DNA of 64,000 nt from Planctomycetota bacterium (GCA_965248445.1 CBDFJG010000001.1:128001-192000), one strand, 5' to 3'. Shown: positions 9,259 through 19,275, counted from the first letter of the stretch. The notes: generated from the sequence alone by a model not told the origin. A program made the numbers and translations.

Positions 9259-10087
9259 CGATCCGCTCCACGATTCCCGTGATCAACCGGAGCAGATCCG
9301 CGCTCCGAGCGCCTGCCACTTCGACAACTTCCTCTTCGGCCGTCTTCCCCGCCGCGACTTCGCCCGCGGGGTTCACGACCAGTGAGAGCACGAGAGTCTG
9401 CAGTCCCATCTGCGCCGCGGCCAAGACCTCCGGCACCGTGGACATGCCGGTCACGTCGACTCCGAGTGCCCGGAGGCGTCGCACCTCGGCGGCCGTCTCG
9501 AAGCTCGGGCCGTGCTGCGCCGCGTAGACGCCCTCTTCTAGCGGCATGCCGAGGTCCGCCGCCGCGTCCGACGCGAGCATCCCGAGCGCCGGGTCGTAGG
9601 CGCGACCGGCCGTCACGGGGAAGCGCGGTCCCCACCGCTCGTCGTGCACTCCCCGCAGCGGATCGAACCCGAGCAAGTTGATGTGATCCGTGACGCGCAC
9701 GATCGTGCCGGCGGGCATCCCCTCGCGCACGCCTCCGCACGAGTTGGTCAGGATCAGGCGGCGCACGCCGAGCAACCCGACCGCCCGCACGAGGCGGATC
9801 ACCTCGGCGGGTTCGTGCCCCTCGTACGCGTGGAGGCGGCCTTCCAGCAAGAGCACGGGAACCCCCGAGAGCAGCCCGTGATGCATGCGCCCGCGGTGTC
9901 CCGGTGCCGTCGCCTCGGCGATCCCAGGCACGTCTCCGAACGAGAGCGACGTCGCGTCGCCGAGTTTCGGCAGGGGGATGCCCGATCCGGTCTGAATCGC
10001 GACCACGGCGGTCCCGTAGCCGGCCTCACGCAGATGGGCAGCGGTCCCTGAGACCAGGTCGTACTCGGCGCGGTGGTCGGGCTTCAC
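9251..10087 (-). CDS. punA: Purine nucleoside phosphorylase (trimeric XapA/PunA type)
   Basis: TGSG, PGHRGRM, GRLHAYEG, LILTNSCGG, DHINL, GPSFETAAE, GMSTVPEV. The longer ORF to 11014 is an off-frame shadow of the neighbouring gene. Confidence 0.9.
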   Translation of the reverse strand: MKPDHRAEYDLVSGTAAHLREAGYGTAVVAIQTGSGIPLPKLGDATSLSFGDVPGIAEATAPGHRGRMHHGLLSGVPVLLLEGRLHAYEGHEPAEVIRLVRAVGLLGVRRLILTNSCGGVREGMPAGTIVRVTDHINLLGFDPLRGVHDERWGPRFPVTAGRAYDPALGMLASDAAADLGMPLEEGVYAAQHGPSFETAAEVRRLRALGVDVTGMSTVPEVLAAAQMGLQTLVLSLVVNPAGEVAAGKTAEEEVVEVAGARSADLLRLITGIVERIGA

Positions 10088-10116
10088 GTCGAGAGTGTAG
10101 GGTCCCGCACGTCGCG

Positions 10117-11289
10117 TTACGGGATCGGGAAGCTCGTCGTCCCGAACTTGTTGCCGTCGAACGTGTTCTGGTCCTCGGCAACCTGGCTGAACAGGTCCGT
10201 TGATGCGCTGCCGCTCACCTTGTTCTTCGTGAACGTGTTGCCGATCGTCTGGACTCGGATGCCCAGGTCCGTTGAGCCCTTCACGACGTTCCTGTCGTAG
10301 AGGCTCCCTCCGGTCGACTCGACTCCGACCTGTACCCGGATGCCCGTGTCGGCCCCGAAGACCTTGTTCCGCGTTATCTCGGACTCGCCGACCCTGGCGC
10401 TGATTCCGATGGTTCCACCGCGAATCGTGTTCCTGGTGATGACGATCGGCTGCGCGATCGGGGTCGTCGAGATCCCGGCGAAGCCAACGTCTTGGACCTT
10501 GTTCCGCGACACCTCGATGCCCCGCGCGGTGAGGCTTATCCCGACTCCCGAAGGCGCCGAGACCTTGTTCCTCGTGATGACGGATCCGGTCATGTCGGTA
10601 CCGACCTCCGTCGAGATCCCGGTGTTGGCGCCGACCACGGTGTTTCGCTCGCACCGCGCATTGACGCCAGCCAGCACCAGCGCGCCCCCGACCGACGCCG
10701 TGAACTTGCTCTTGCGGATCACGACGTCGTTGATGGCGACGCCGCCGCTCATGTTGACGCCTACATTCACCGTGTCGACCGCCGTGCATCGGTCGATCAG
10801 GACTCCGTCCACCGAGGCCGGGAAGAACCCGTTCGAGACGTTGCTTGCGACGCACTTCATGAAGCGATTGCCGGTCCCGAAGGTATCTCGGAATCCGTTC
10901 GCCATGCCGTCGGCCGTGCACTTCTTGAACGTGCACGACACGCTGTTGCTCGTGGTCACGCCGTCGGAGCCGGTGCTGATCAGGCTCAGCCCCTGCACCG
11001 TGGTGTTCGTGCAACCGGTCACGGAGACCACGGAGATCGCCGCGCCTCCGTCCAGAACAGGCCGGCCCTTGCCGATCACCTTCACATCGGTCAGCCCGTC
11101 CAGGATGAGCCGCTCACCATAGGTCCCCTTCTTGATGACCAGCTTGTCGCCGTCCTCGAGCTGTGCAACGCCATCGGCGAGTGGGGTGCCATCGCCCGGC
11201 ACCACGGTCACGGTCTTGGCATAGGCCGTAGTCGCCAGCAACGCCACGGCCGCGACGAGCAGCAGGTTTCTGAGTTGGGTCGTCTGCAT
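10117..11289 (-). CDS. Secreted right-handed parallel beta-helix repeat protein (paralog 1)
   Basis: Signal peptide ending AYA-KTVTV; KKGTYGE; periodic I/V-x-x-N-x-V repeats. Confidence 0.85.
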   Translation of the reverse strand: MQTTQLRNLLLVAAVALLATTAYAKTVTVVPGDGTPLADGVAQLEDGDKLVIKKGTYGERLILDGLTDVKVIGKGRPVLDGGAAISVVSVTGCTNTTVQGLSLISTGSDGVTTSNSVSCTFKKCTADGMANGFRDTFGTGNRFMKCVASNVSNGFFPASVDGVLIDRCTAVDTVNVGVNMSGGVAINDVVIRKSKFTASVGGALVLAGVNARCERNTVVGANTGISTEVGTDMTGSVITRNKVSAPSGVGISLTARGIEVSRNKVQDVGFAGISTTPIAQPIVITRNTIRGGTIGISARVGESEITRNKVFGADTGIRVQVGVESTGGSLYDRNVVKGSTDLGIRVQTIGNTFTKNKVSGSASTDLFSQVAEDQNTFDGNKFGTTSFPIP

Positions 11290-11303
11290 CACGAGACTCC
11301 GGG

Positions 11304-12473
11304 TCAGTTGAATTCGGTCGTGCCGAACTTGTTCTTCACGTACGTGTTCTCGCTCTCGGCCTCGACGCTCAGGAGGTCGGTATCCGTGCTGTCGCTCGCC
11401 TTGTTCCTCGTGAACGTGTTCCCGACGGAGAGCACGAAGAAACCGAACGTCGAGTCCTGCACCTTGTTTCTTGCGAAGATGCTGCCGGGAGTTCCGTCCG
11501 CGCCGGCATCCGCCCGCACGCCGACGCGGCAGCCGTTGACCCTGTTCTTGCGCACCACGGCATCGTCCATGACGATGAACAGGCCGGTGTCGAAACCGCT
11601 CACCTTGTTGCCGGTCACGACGACCGGCTCGGCCTCCGCGGTTGTTCGAATTCCGAACGCGCCGTCACCCGAGACGGTGTTCTTCGAGACGGTGACGCCC
11701 CGGCTCCGCACCTGGATCGCGTACGCGGTGATCTCGACGTTCGAGATCCGGTTTCTGGAAATCACGGAGCCCGTCATGTCCGTGTCGAGCACGGTGATCA
11801 CGCCAAACGAAGCACCGTCGACCGTGTTCCTCTGACAGATCGTCCGGAGACTGGCGAGGTTGAACGCACCGCCCGTCAGGTTCGTCACGCGGTTCCTCTT
11901 GATGACCGCATCGGTCGTCAGCGTCAGGTCATCGCCGACCGTAACACCCGTACGGCAGTCGGAGATCGAGCAGCCGAGAATCGTCGGCCGCTCGACCTCG
12001 GAGATCGAGATTGCGCACAGGCAGTTCGCGATGATGCACTTCACGAGCTTGACGCGCGCCCCCTCGAAGATCCTGACTCCGTTGATTGCAGTGCTCTCCA
12101 CGCGGCAGTCCTTGAGCGTGACGTCGGTGCACCTGAGGATCTGCACGCCGGTGTTGCCACCTTGGTCGAAGATGATCCCCTGAATCGTCACGCGCGCGCA
12201 GTCCGTCACGGCGATCCCGAGCCCGATCGGCGGAGAGAGAACGGGGTCGCCCTTGCCGATCACCTTGACCTTCGAGAGACCGGTCAAGAACACACCCTCG
12301 GTGTACGTGCCGGGCTTCACGATCAGCTTGTCCCCGTCCGCGAGTTGCGCAACCGCGTCAGCGATCGGCGTACCGTCGCCCGGCTCCACGGTCACCGTCT
12401 TCGCGTACGCGGGCGCTGCGAACGCAATCAGCGCGCAGACTGGCAGACAGAATCGCAGCGTCTGGGGCCCCAT
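11304..12473 (-). CDS. Secreted right-handed parallel beta-helix repeat protein (paralog 2)
   Basis: AYAKTVTVEPGDGTPIADAVAQLADGDKLIVKPGTY is nearly identical to paralog 1; beta-helix repeats. Confidence 0.85.
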   Translation of the reverse strand: MGPQTLRFCLPVCALIAFAAPAYAKTVTVEPGDGTPIADAVAQLADGDKLIVKPGTYTEGVFLTGLSKVKVIGKGDPVLSPPIGLGIAVTDCARVTIQGIIFDQGGNTGVQILRCTDVTLKDCRVESTAINGVRIFEGARVKLVKCIIANCLCAISISEVERPTILGCSISDCRTGVTVGDDLTLTTDAVIKRNRVTNLTGGAFNLASLRTICQRNTVDGASFGVITVLDTDMTGSVISRNRISNVEITAYAIQVRSRGVTVSKNTVSGDGAFGIRTTAEAEPVVVTGNKVSGFDTGLFIVMDDAVVRKNRVNGCRVGVRADAGADGTPGSIFARNKVQDSTFGFFVLSVGNTFTRNKASDSTDTDLLSVEAESENTYVKNKFGTTEFN

Positions 12474-12578
12474 CGCACACTCCTTCTTCCCCGGCCATGG
12501 CCGGCGAGGACAAGGAGTATCCCGGAATGACTCCGAACCCGCAACCCGGCAGGCGCACGCGCCCGCGTCGGCCTAGTG

Positions 12579-13319
12579 TCAGCCGACGGGAGCGGAGTGG
12601 CGCAGCGTGTAGCCGTGCTCGCCCCAGAAGCGCAGCCATGTCGACGTGATCAGAGCAGAGCGCCCGAACTTGAGGTCCGTGTCGGCTGGCCCGCCGGGCG
12701 GATGGCCGGGCAGCGCGCCCGCGATGATCGCCTCGACGATTCCCCGCCAGTCCGTCTTCGCCAGCTCGGGGTAGGCCACGCGCAAGTGCTCGCCGACCGC
12801 CTTGTCGAGCTCTTCGGCGAGTTGCGCTCCGTCTTCGGGAGTGATGTTCTTCTGCATGCTGCGCGTGAGTTCCAGTCCGAGCCACGGGATCTCCGGCACC
12901 GGAAACGGTGCGATCGGCCAGTCCATGTCGAGCTGGTGCAGCACCTGGTGCTTCGTCAGTTCCCACACCGGGCGCCCGTGCATTTCCTCGACCATGGCGT
13001 CGGGCTCGAGCGGCCACGCCTCCGTGGAGTCCGCCATGCGCTTCTTGAACCACTTGGTGGCCTTCGGGTCCATGCCGATGCGCGGCGGATCGAGATCCGA
13101 ACCCGGATAGCAGTGACACGCCGCGATCTGCCGGTCCAGCAAATCGAGCTTGTTCTTCAGGTGCCGCCGCCGCTTGCGCTTCGTGGACGACATCAGGATG
13201 GCGCCCACGCCGATCGCCTTCAGCTCGGCCAGAACCTCCTCACGCCCCGCCACGAAGCCCGCGTGATCGTCCACGTGCTCTGCCTTGAGCTTCCGCATCA
13301 GCGTCCATGTCTCGGGCAT
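12579..13319 (-). CDS. Hypothetical protein
   Basis: ATG at 13319 (MPETWTLMRKLK...), typical codon usage, -10-like TACCGT 8 nt upstream; no recognised domain. Confidence 0.6.
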   Translation of the reverse strand: MPETWTLMRKLKAEHVDDHAGFVAGREEVLAELKAIGVGAILMSSTKRKRRRHLKNKLDLLDRQIAACHCYPGSDLDPPRIGMDPKATKWFKKRMADSTEAWPLEPDAMVEEMHGRPVWELTKHQVLHQLDMDWPIAPFPVPEIPWLGLELTRSMQKNITPEDGAQLAEELDKAVGEHLRVAYPELAKTDWRGIVEAIIAGALPGHPPGGPADTDLKFGRSALITSTWLRFWGEHGYTLRHSAPVG

Positions 13320-13371
13320 GGCGGCGGACGGTAGCGATCCGGCGACCGACCGCGAAGAACACGCGGCGCGT

Positions 13372-14053
13372 CTAGGTGGCCGAGTGCCGGAGCGCGGCCT
13401 GCACGAACCCGGCCACGACGGGATGCGGCTGCTCGGGCGAGAACTGGGGCAGGTAGAGCGTCCCCACGAAGAACGGGTGGTCTGTTCGCTCGACGGCCCG
13501 TGCCTCGCCGGTGCCGTCGGTCGCGACCACGCGGAGCCCCGACCCGTCGACCTCGGCCTGCAGCGAAGGATCGAGCCCGTACCTGCACGTGGTGCGCTCC
13601 TGCAAGGCCGCGCGATCGTCGTGCAGGGCGCGTAGCCGGCTCCCCGGGAGCAGCGCGACTTCGATGACGGTGTCGCTGAGATCGCAGGAGAGCGGGGTGA
13701 CGACGGCGCGGGCGCCGGTCTCGCCGTACTCCGCGTGCGCGGCCCCATGGATGCCGAGCACGGTGCGGGCATGTTCCACCAGAACATGCTGGAACCCGCC
13801 TCAAGGTCGCGAGCAACGGGATCTGCTCCTCACGGCAGCGGCGAATCAGCGCGAGCACGGCGTCCAAGTCGGCGTACGGACTGCCGGGCCCGAGCAGCAC
13901 CCCGTCGGGCGTCGAAGAGACGGAGAGCGCATTTGTGTGCACCCAGCGCAGATCCACATCAACCGATGCCGCACGCAGCGCGGCGAACGTCGTCGTGTGA
14001 TACCGCGAATCCGGTCCCAGATCGATCACGACGTCGATGCGGGCGGCGGTCAT
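13372..14053 (-). CDS. CTP synthase C-terminal (class I glutamine amidotransferase)-related putative selenoprotein; one extra base next to the UGA (indel error or pseudogene)
   Basis: N-half DGVLLGPGSPY...IPLLAT; then ACC-T-TGA-GGC-GGG-TTC-CAG-CAT (T-U-G-G-F-Q-H); C-half EHARTVLG...CRYGLDP...HPFFVGTLY. A SECIS-like hairpin follows the UGA. Confidence 0.8.
13765..13803 (-). promoter_or_regulatory. Candidate bacterial SECIS element
   Basis: UGA-GGCGGGUUCCA-GCAUGUUC-UGGUG-GAACAUGC-CCGC: perfect 8-bp upper stem, G-rich loop about 20 nt after UGA, lower GCGG/CCGC pairing. Confidence 0.7.
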
Positions 14054-14931
14054 GCCAGGGGTTTACCGAGTGCGGCCGGCGGGCGCGCCTTTCCAACGAC
14101 GCCGGACAGGACGACGAGCGTGATCACGTAGGGCAGCATGCGCGGGATCTCGTCCGGGATCTTCGCCACCACCTGGAGCTGGTTGGCGAGAGCGGTCAGC
14201 AGCGCGAACCCGATCGCGGCGCACGCGGCGTAGGCCGGACGCCACTTGCCGATCACGACGCACGCCAGCGCCAGGTACCCGCGCCCCCCCGCCATGTGCT
14301 TGCTGAACGAGCCGACGTCGAACGCCAGGTACACGCCTCCGAGCCCGGTCAGGAGGCCCGCGGCGACGACCGCCCACGTGCGCACCGACGCGGCGGACAC
14401 GCCGAGGCTCTCGGCGCAGGCAGGGTTCTCGCCGACGGCGCGCAGTCGTAAGCCGGGCTTGGTGCGGCGGAGTGCGGCCATCACCAAGGGGATCGCGAGC
14501 AGTGACAGCCACGTCAGCGGGGAGAGGCCCGCGATCGCCGCTCCCGACAGCGCCTCCATCTGCGCGTCCGGGAACGGCTCGCTGGCGCCCTTGGCGCTCC
14601 AGATCGAGACGAGCGCCGCGATCGTCGCCGCGTCCACCAGGAGGTTCAGCGCGACACCGGCCACGACGTGGTCCGCCCGCGTGCGCGTGCAGATGACCGC
14701 GTGCAACAGAGCGACCGCGCCCGCCGCCGCCACGCCGACGCCCGCGCCAACCAAGACACTCCCCGTGAGCAGCGCACCCGCCGCGCCGCCGAACGCCCCC
14801 GCCAAGAGGTAGCTCTCGAGGCCGAGGTTGATCACGCCGGACCGCTCGGACAACACGCCACCGAGCGTCGCGAACAGCAGCGGCGTCGCCTCACGGAGCG
14901 TGGCGCCGGCGATGTCGAGGATGCCGCTCAC
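14050..14931 (-). CDS. Nucleoside ABC transporter permease (NupC-like)
   Basis: ATPLLFATLGGVLSERSGVINLGLE, GLRLRAVGENP, AGGRGYLALA, MLPYVITL. Confidence 0.92.
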   Translation of the reverse strand: MSGILDIAGATLREATPLLFATLGGVLSERSGVINLGLESYLLAGAFGGAAGALLTGSVLVGAGVGVAAAGAVALLHAVICTRTRADHVVAGVALNLLVDAATIAALVSIWSAKGASEPFPDAQMEALSGAAIAGLSPLTWLSLLAIPLVMAALRRTKPGLRLRAVGENPACAESLGVSAASVRTWAVVAAGLLTGLGGVYLAFDVGSFSKHMAGGRGYLALACVVIGKWRPAYAACAAIGFALLTALANQLQVVAKIPDEIPRMLPYVITLVVLSGVVGKARPPAALGKPLA

Positions 14932-15941
14932 GAGTCGCCGCCGAGCCGGGCGCCGGCCAGTGCCGCGGCAACGAGGATGACGACGCCCTGCACGATACTG
15001 GCCGCCTCGCGAGGCGCGACGCCGAGTGCGTCCATCGCGAACGCGCCGCTGCGTAGCGCGCCGAGCGCCAATGCCGCGAGAACGACGCCGACTCCGGTCG
15101 ATCGGCCGAGCAGCGCGACCGCGATGGCGGTGAACCCGAATCCCGGCGAGAACCCGTCCACGTAACGGCCGTGCTGGTCGAGCACCTGCTGTGCGCCCGC
15201 GAGCCCGGCCAACGCACCCGCGGCTGTGAGCGACCAGAAGATGCCGCGCGCGACCGGCAGTCCCAGAACCTGCGATGCACGCGGTGCGTGTCCGATGGCC
15301 CGCGCGGTCAGCCCGGTCCGTGTGCGCGAGAGCCACACGTCGAACGCTAACGCCACGAGCACCGCGAATACGAGCGCTGGATAAACGTGCGACAGTGTCG
15401 CGGTCGCGGGCTCGGTCTGCAGGATGGGGCTGTCGGCCCTGGCCCACTGTTGCGAGATGACGAGCCCGGCCAGAGGGACCGCAACGAGGTTCATGAGGAT
15501 CGTCGACAGAACCTCGTGCACACCGAGGTGCGCGCGCAGGACGCCCGGGATCGCGCCCCACACGCCACCGACGAGCAGTCCGACGAGCACGGCCAGCGGG
15601 ATCGCCACCGCGGACGGTACGACTGCCGCGACCAAGCCTGCCGCGAGACCGCCGAGAATCAGCTGGCCCTCCGCGCCGATGTTGAAGAGGCCGAGCCGCA
15701 GAGGCAGCGCGACGGCCAACCCGGCGAACACGAGCGGCACCGTCTCGACCAGTGTGCCGTGGATCGACGGCCCGCTCCCGAACGCGCCGTGCACGACGGC
15801 AGCGAGAGTCCGGAATGGGTCGTACCCGAGCACGGCAACGACGAGGCTCGATGCCAGGATCGCAATGCCGAGCACCTCGAGCGCGGAGAGTACGCGGTCA
15901 AGCGGTCCCGCGCGATGGCCGGTCGCGACGGCGTCGCTCAC
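14928..15941 (-). CDS. Nucleoside ABC transporter permease (NupB-like)
   Basis: GLFNIGAEGQ, GVHEVLSTILMN, GFGFTAIAVALLGR. Confidence 0.92.
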   Translation of the reverse strand: MSDAVATGHRAGPLDRVLSALEVLGIAILASSLVVAVLGYDPFRTLAAVVHGAFGSGPSIHGTLVETVPLVFAGLAVALPLRLGLFNIGAEGQLILGGLAAGLVAAVVPSAVAIPLAVLVGLLVGGVWGAIPGVLRAHLGVHEVLSTILMNLVAVPLAGLVISQQWARADSPILQTEPATATLSHVYPALVFAVLVALAFDVWLSRTRTGLTARAIGHAPRASQVLGLPVARGIFWSLTAAGALAGLAGAQQVLDQHGRYVDGFSPGFGFTAIAVALLGRSTGVGVVLAALALGALRSGAFAMDALGVAPREAASIVQGVVILVAAALAGARLGGDS

Positions 15942-17449
15942 CGGTGCGCTCCGGCCATCAGCAGTCCGATCTCGTCCTCCGTCGTCTCCTTCGGACGGAC
16001 CTCGCCTGCGATGCGGCCCCCGAACATGACGAGGATGCGGTCGCAGGTGTCGAGCAGTTCGCCGAGGTCGGTGCTGACGACGACGACGGCGCCGCCTTCG
16101 TCGCACACGCTGCGCAAGCGGCGATGCACGGCCTCGGTCGCGCGGAAGTCCAGTCCGCGAACGGGTTCAGCTGCGAGGAGCACGCGCGGATTGCGCCGCA
16201 GCTCGCGCGCCATGAGCACCTTCTGCTGATTTCCCCCCGAGAGTGCGTTACAGAGCGCATCGGGGTCCGGCGGCCGCACATCGTGCGTCGTGACGACCTC
16301 GCGCCCCTCGTCGATCACCTTCTCCCGCACGATCCACCCGCCGCGGAAGAAGCCGCGCGCAGCCGCCGTGCCGAGCACGAGGTTCTCGGCGACGGTCATG
16401 TCGCCGACAAGACCGTCGTGCACGCGGTCCTCGGGAACGTAGCCGAGACCCGCGAGGCGGCGTCGTCGCACCGGAAGGCCGAGCAGCGACGATCCGGCGA
16501 GCGTCGCCGTCCCCCCCGCCACGGGACGGATGCCCGCAAGCGCTTCGAGCAGCGCAACTTGACCGCTGCCCGCCACACCGGCGATTCCGACCATCTCGCC
16601 TGCGCGGACAACGAACGACGCGTCCGCCACCGCCGACCGGGCACCCCGTCCGTGAACCGTCAGCCCGTCCACGAACAGAAGAGTCCTCGCCGCGGGGTCG
16701 CGCACCCTCTCCGTCCGCGTATCCAGATCGAGGTCCTCGCCGATCATCAGTCGCGCCAGCTCGCGTTCGTCGCTCGCAGCCGTGTTGCGTTCGCCGGTCA
16801 CGGCGCCGTGCCGCAACACGCTCGCGCGCGAGCAGACCGCGAACACCTCGCGCAATCGATGGGTCACGAGGACGACCCCACAGCCTTCGCTCGCCAGCCG
16901 CTCCATCAGCGTGAACAGCTCCTTCACCCCCTGCGGCGGAAGCAGCCCGGTCGGCTCATCGAGCAGCAGGAACCGCGCGCCGCGCACGAGCACCTTCAGC
17001 AGCTCCACGCGCTGCTGCGCGGACACCCCCAGGTCGCCGACGCGCGCCTCGGGATCGACGTCGAGGCCGAAGCGTTTCCCGCAATCGCGTACCTCGTCCG
17101 CGGCAGCGTCGAGATCGAGCAGCGGTCCCGTACCCGGCTCGCGGCCGAGCACGACGTTCTCCGCCACGGTCAGCTCCGGGATGAGCAGGAAGTGCTGATG
17201 CACCATGCCGACGCCCCGCGCTGCGGCGTCCCGCGGGCCGCGCAGCCGCACGGCGGAACCGTCCACCTGCACGGAACCGGCGTCCGGCTGCAGGAACCCG
17301 GACACCACGCGCAGGAGCGTCGTCTTGCCGGCGCCGTTCTCACCGATCAGCGCGACGATCTCCCCCGGCGCGACGTGGAAATCGACGTCGGACAGCACGG
17401 TTTTCGCACCGAAGCGCTTCGTGAGACCCGCGACTCCGAGACCGCTCAC
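15938..17449 (-). CDS. Nucleoside ABC transporter ATP-binding protein (double ABC, CUT2)
   Basis: Walker A GENGAGKTT, GVGMVHQHF, LLLDEPT, GYVPEDR, LSGGNQQK. Confidence 0.95.
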   Translation of the reverse strand: MSGLGVAGLTKRFGAKTVLSDVDFHVAPGEIVALIGENGAGKTTLLRVVSGFLQPDAGSVQVDGSAVRLRGPRDAAARGVGMVHQHFLLIPELTVAENVVLGREPGTGPLLDLDAAADEVRDCGKRFGLDVDPEARVGDLGVSAQQRVELLKVLVRGARFLLLDEPTGLLPPQGVKELFTLMERLASEGCGVVLVTHRLREVFAVCSRASVLRHGAVTGERNTAASDERELARLMIGEDLDLDTRTERVRDPAARTLLFVDGLTVHGRGARSAVADASFVVRAGEMVGIAGVAGSGQVALLEALAGIRPVAGGTATLAGSSLLGLPVRRRRLAGLGYVPEDRVHDGLVGDMTVAENLVLGTAAARGFFRGGWIVREKVIDEGREVVTTHDVRPPDPDALCNALSGGNQQKVLMARELRRNPRVLLAAEPVRGLDFRATEAVHRRLRSVCDEGGAVVVVSTDLGELLDTCDRILVMFGGRIAGEVRPKETTEDEIGLLMAGAHR

Positions 17450-18492
17450 TCGGTCTCCGGCGGCATGGCCTCGACCGCGAGTTCGCCCGACGAGATGAGG
17501 CGCTCGAGAACGGCGAGGCGCGCCTCGTCCTCGGCGGACACGAGTGGCCGGTTGTGCTCGTCGAGCGCCCAGCCGACGCCGCCTTCGGCGACGCCGAACG
17601 ACTGGAACCCGCCGGTGAGCACGCCGTCCGCGAGACGCTTGCACGTGTCGAACACGGCGACGTCCACGCGCTTGACCATCGACGTGAGCACGGTGCCCGG
17701 TCGCTCGTGGTTCTGATTCGCGTCCACGCCGATCGCGTAGATACCCGCTTCCTTGGCTCCGGCGATCACTCCGTTCCCGGTCTGGCCGGCCGCCTGGTAC
17801 ACGACGTCGGCGCCCTGCTCGACGAGAACCCGCGTCAGTTGTTTGCCCTTCACGGGATCGGCGAAGCTGCCTGCGACGACCGAGATCACACGCACGTCGC
17901 CGGACGCCTCTCCGAGGTGTTTACTCTCGGCGATGAAGCCCTGCCGGTACCCGTGCTCGAACTTCATGAGCAGCGGAACGTCGAGACCCTTCACGATCCC
18001 CGCGATCCCCGTCTTCGTCTTCCGTGCCGCGAGCGCGCCGACCAGGTAGCTCCCCTCGTGCTCCCGGAAGACGAGTGAGGACACGTTCGGCATGTCGAGC
18101 GCGTAGTCGATGATCGCGAACTGCGTGTCCGGATGGTGCGCGGCGACCTTCTCGAGAGCCGAGGCCATCAGGAACCCGACCCCGATGACCAGGTCGAAAC
18201 CCTCGGAGGCGTAGAAATCGAGGTAGCGCTCGTCCTCGCTCATGGCGGCCGGTTCGCCGTATGTCGCGACGATCCCGAGTTCGTCGCGGGCGCGCATCAG
18301 CCCCTCGTAGGCCATGTCGTTGAACGAGCGGTCGCCGCGCCCACCGACCGAGAGCACGACGGCGACCCGGTGCTTGCCCTCCTCGGGAGCCGCCGTCTCC
18401 CCGGGACCGCGCCACACGGCGCCCGCCGCGAGCAACGCCGTGGCCGCGAGGACCACGACCCGCACCGTCCTCGCACGCCTGTTCCTCTCCAT
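17446..18492 (-). CDS. BMP-family (PnrA-like) nucleoside-binding protein
   Basis: GGRGDRSFNDMAYEG, FREHEGSYLVGALAA, GADVVYQAAG, AIGVDANQ, VLTSMVKRVD. Confidence 0.93.
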   Translation of the reverse strand: MERNRRARTVRVVVLAATALLAAGAVWRGPGETAAPEEGKHRVAVVLSVGGRGDRSFNDMAYEGLMRARDELGIVATYGEPAAMSEDERYLDFYASEGFDLVIGVGFLMASALEKVAAHHPDTQFAIIDYALDMPNVSSLVFREHEGSYLVGALAARKTKTGIAGIVKGLDVPLLMKFEHGYRQGFIAESKHLGEASGDVRVISVVAGSFADPVKGKQLTRVLVEQGADVVYQAAGQTGNGVIAGAKEAGIYAIGVDANQNHERPGTVLTSMVKRVDVAVFDTCKRLADGVLTGGFQSFGVAEGGVGWALDEHNRPLVSAEDEARLAVLERLISSGELAVEAMPPETE

Positions 18493-18597
18493 GTCGCGGA
18501 GAGGCTACCGAGAGACCCGCCGCGCCGCGCCTCGCGATCTCGGCGGCTCCGGACGCCCTCTCGGGCGAAACTGAGTGGAGACGGGAGTGGAGGGGGC

Positions 18598-19248
18598 ATG
18601 CCGGGTCACGACCTCGCGGCGTTCATCGATCACTCGGTGCTCGCGCCGAACACGCGCTCCGCGGACATCTCGGCGGCCTGCGCCGCGGCGCTCCAGTTCA
18701 ACTTGCGCTCGATCGTCGTGACCAGCGGGTTCGTCGGGCAGGCGAAGCGTCTGCTGACGGACTCGCAGATCGGCGTGGTGAGCGTCGTCGCCTTCCCCCA
18801 CGGCACGAGCGGACCGGACACGAAGGTGTACGAGGCCACGCGCGCGGTCGAACTCGGCGCGGACGAGATCGACTACGTCATCTCGATCGGTGCCGCACTC
18901 GACGACGACCTGCGCTTTCTGACCGAAGAGGCGCGCGCCATCTGCCGCGCAGTTCCCGGCCACGGTGTGAAGGCGATCCTCGAGACGGGGTACTTCACCG
19001 ACGAGCGGATGTTTGCGGTCGCGGGCGCCGTGCTTGACGGCGGTGTGGCGGTCGTCAAGACGTCGACGGGGTACGGCCCGCGTGGAGCAACCGAAGACGA
19101 CGTGCGCATCCTCGCGCGCGCCGCCGCCAACCGCGGCTTCGTCAAGGCGTCCGGCGGCATCAGCGACCGCGCCCGCGCCATGTCCATGCTCAACGCGGGT
19201 GCCTCGCTGATCGGCACCAGCCACGGACCAGCGATCTGCACGCCGTGA
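18598..19248 (+). CDS. deoC: Deoxyribose-phosphate aldolase
   Basis: IDHSVLAP, VVAFPHG, GADEIDYV, VKAILETG, VKTSTGY, VKASGGI, IGTS; SD GGAGG. Confidence 0.93.
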   Translation: MPGHDLAAFIDHSVLAPNTRSADISAACAAALQFNLRSIVVTSGFVGQAKRLLTDSQIGVVSVVAFPHGTSGPDTKVYEATRAVELGADEIDYVISIGAALDDDLRFLTEEARAICRAVPGHGVKAILETGYFTDERMFAVAGAVLDGGVAVVKTSTGYGPRGATEDDVRILARAAANRGFVKASGGISDRARAMSMLNAGASLIGTSHGPAICTP

Positions 19249-19275
19249 CGAGTCGTCCCGTACTCTGAACGACGC

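Noticed and set aside
10088..11014. Apparent 300-aa N-terminal extension of PNP
   Set aside because: It is an off-frame reading of the beta-helix gene; a GTG with a -10 box at 10087 explains the real start.
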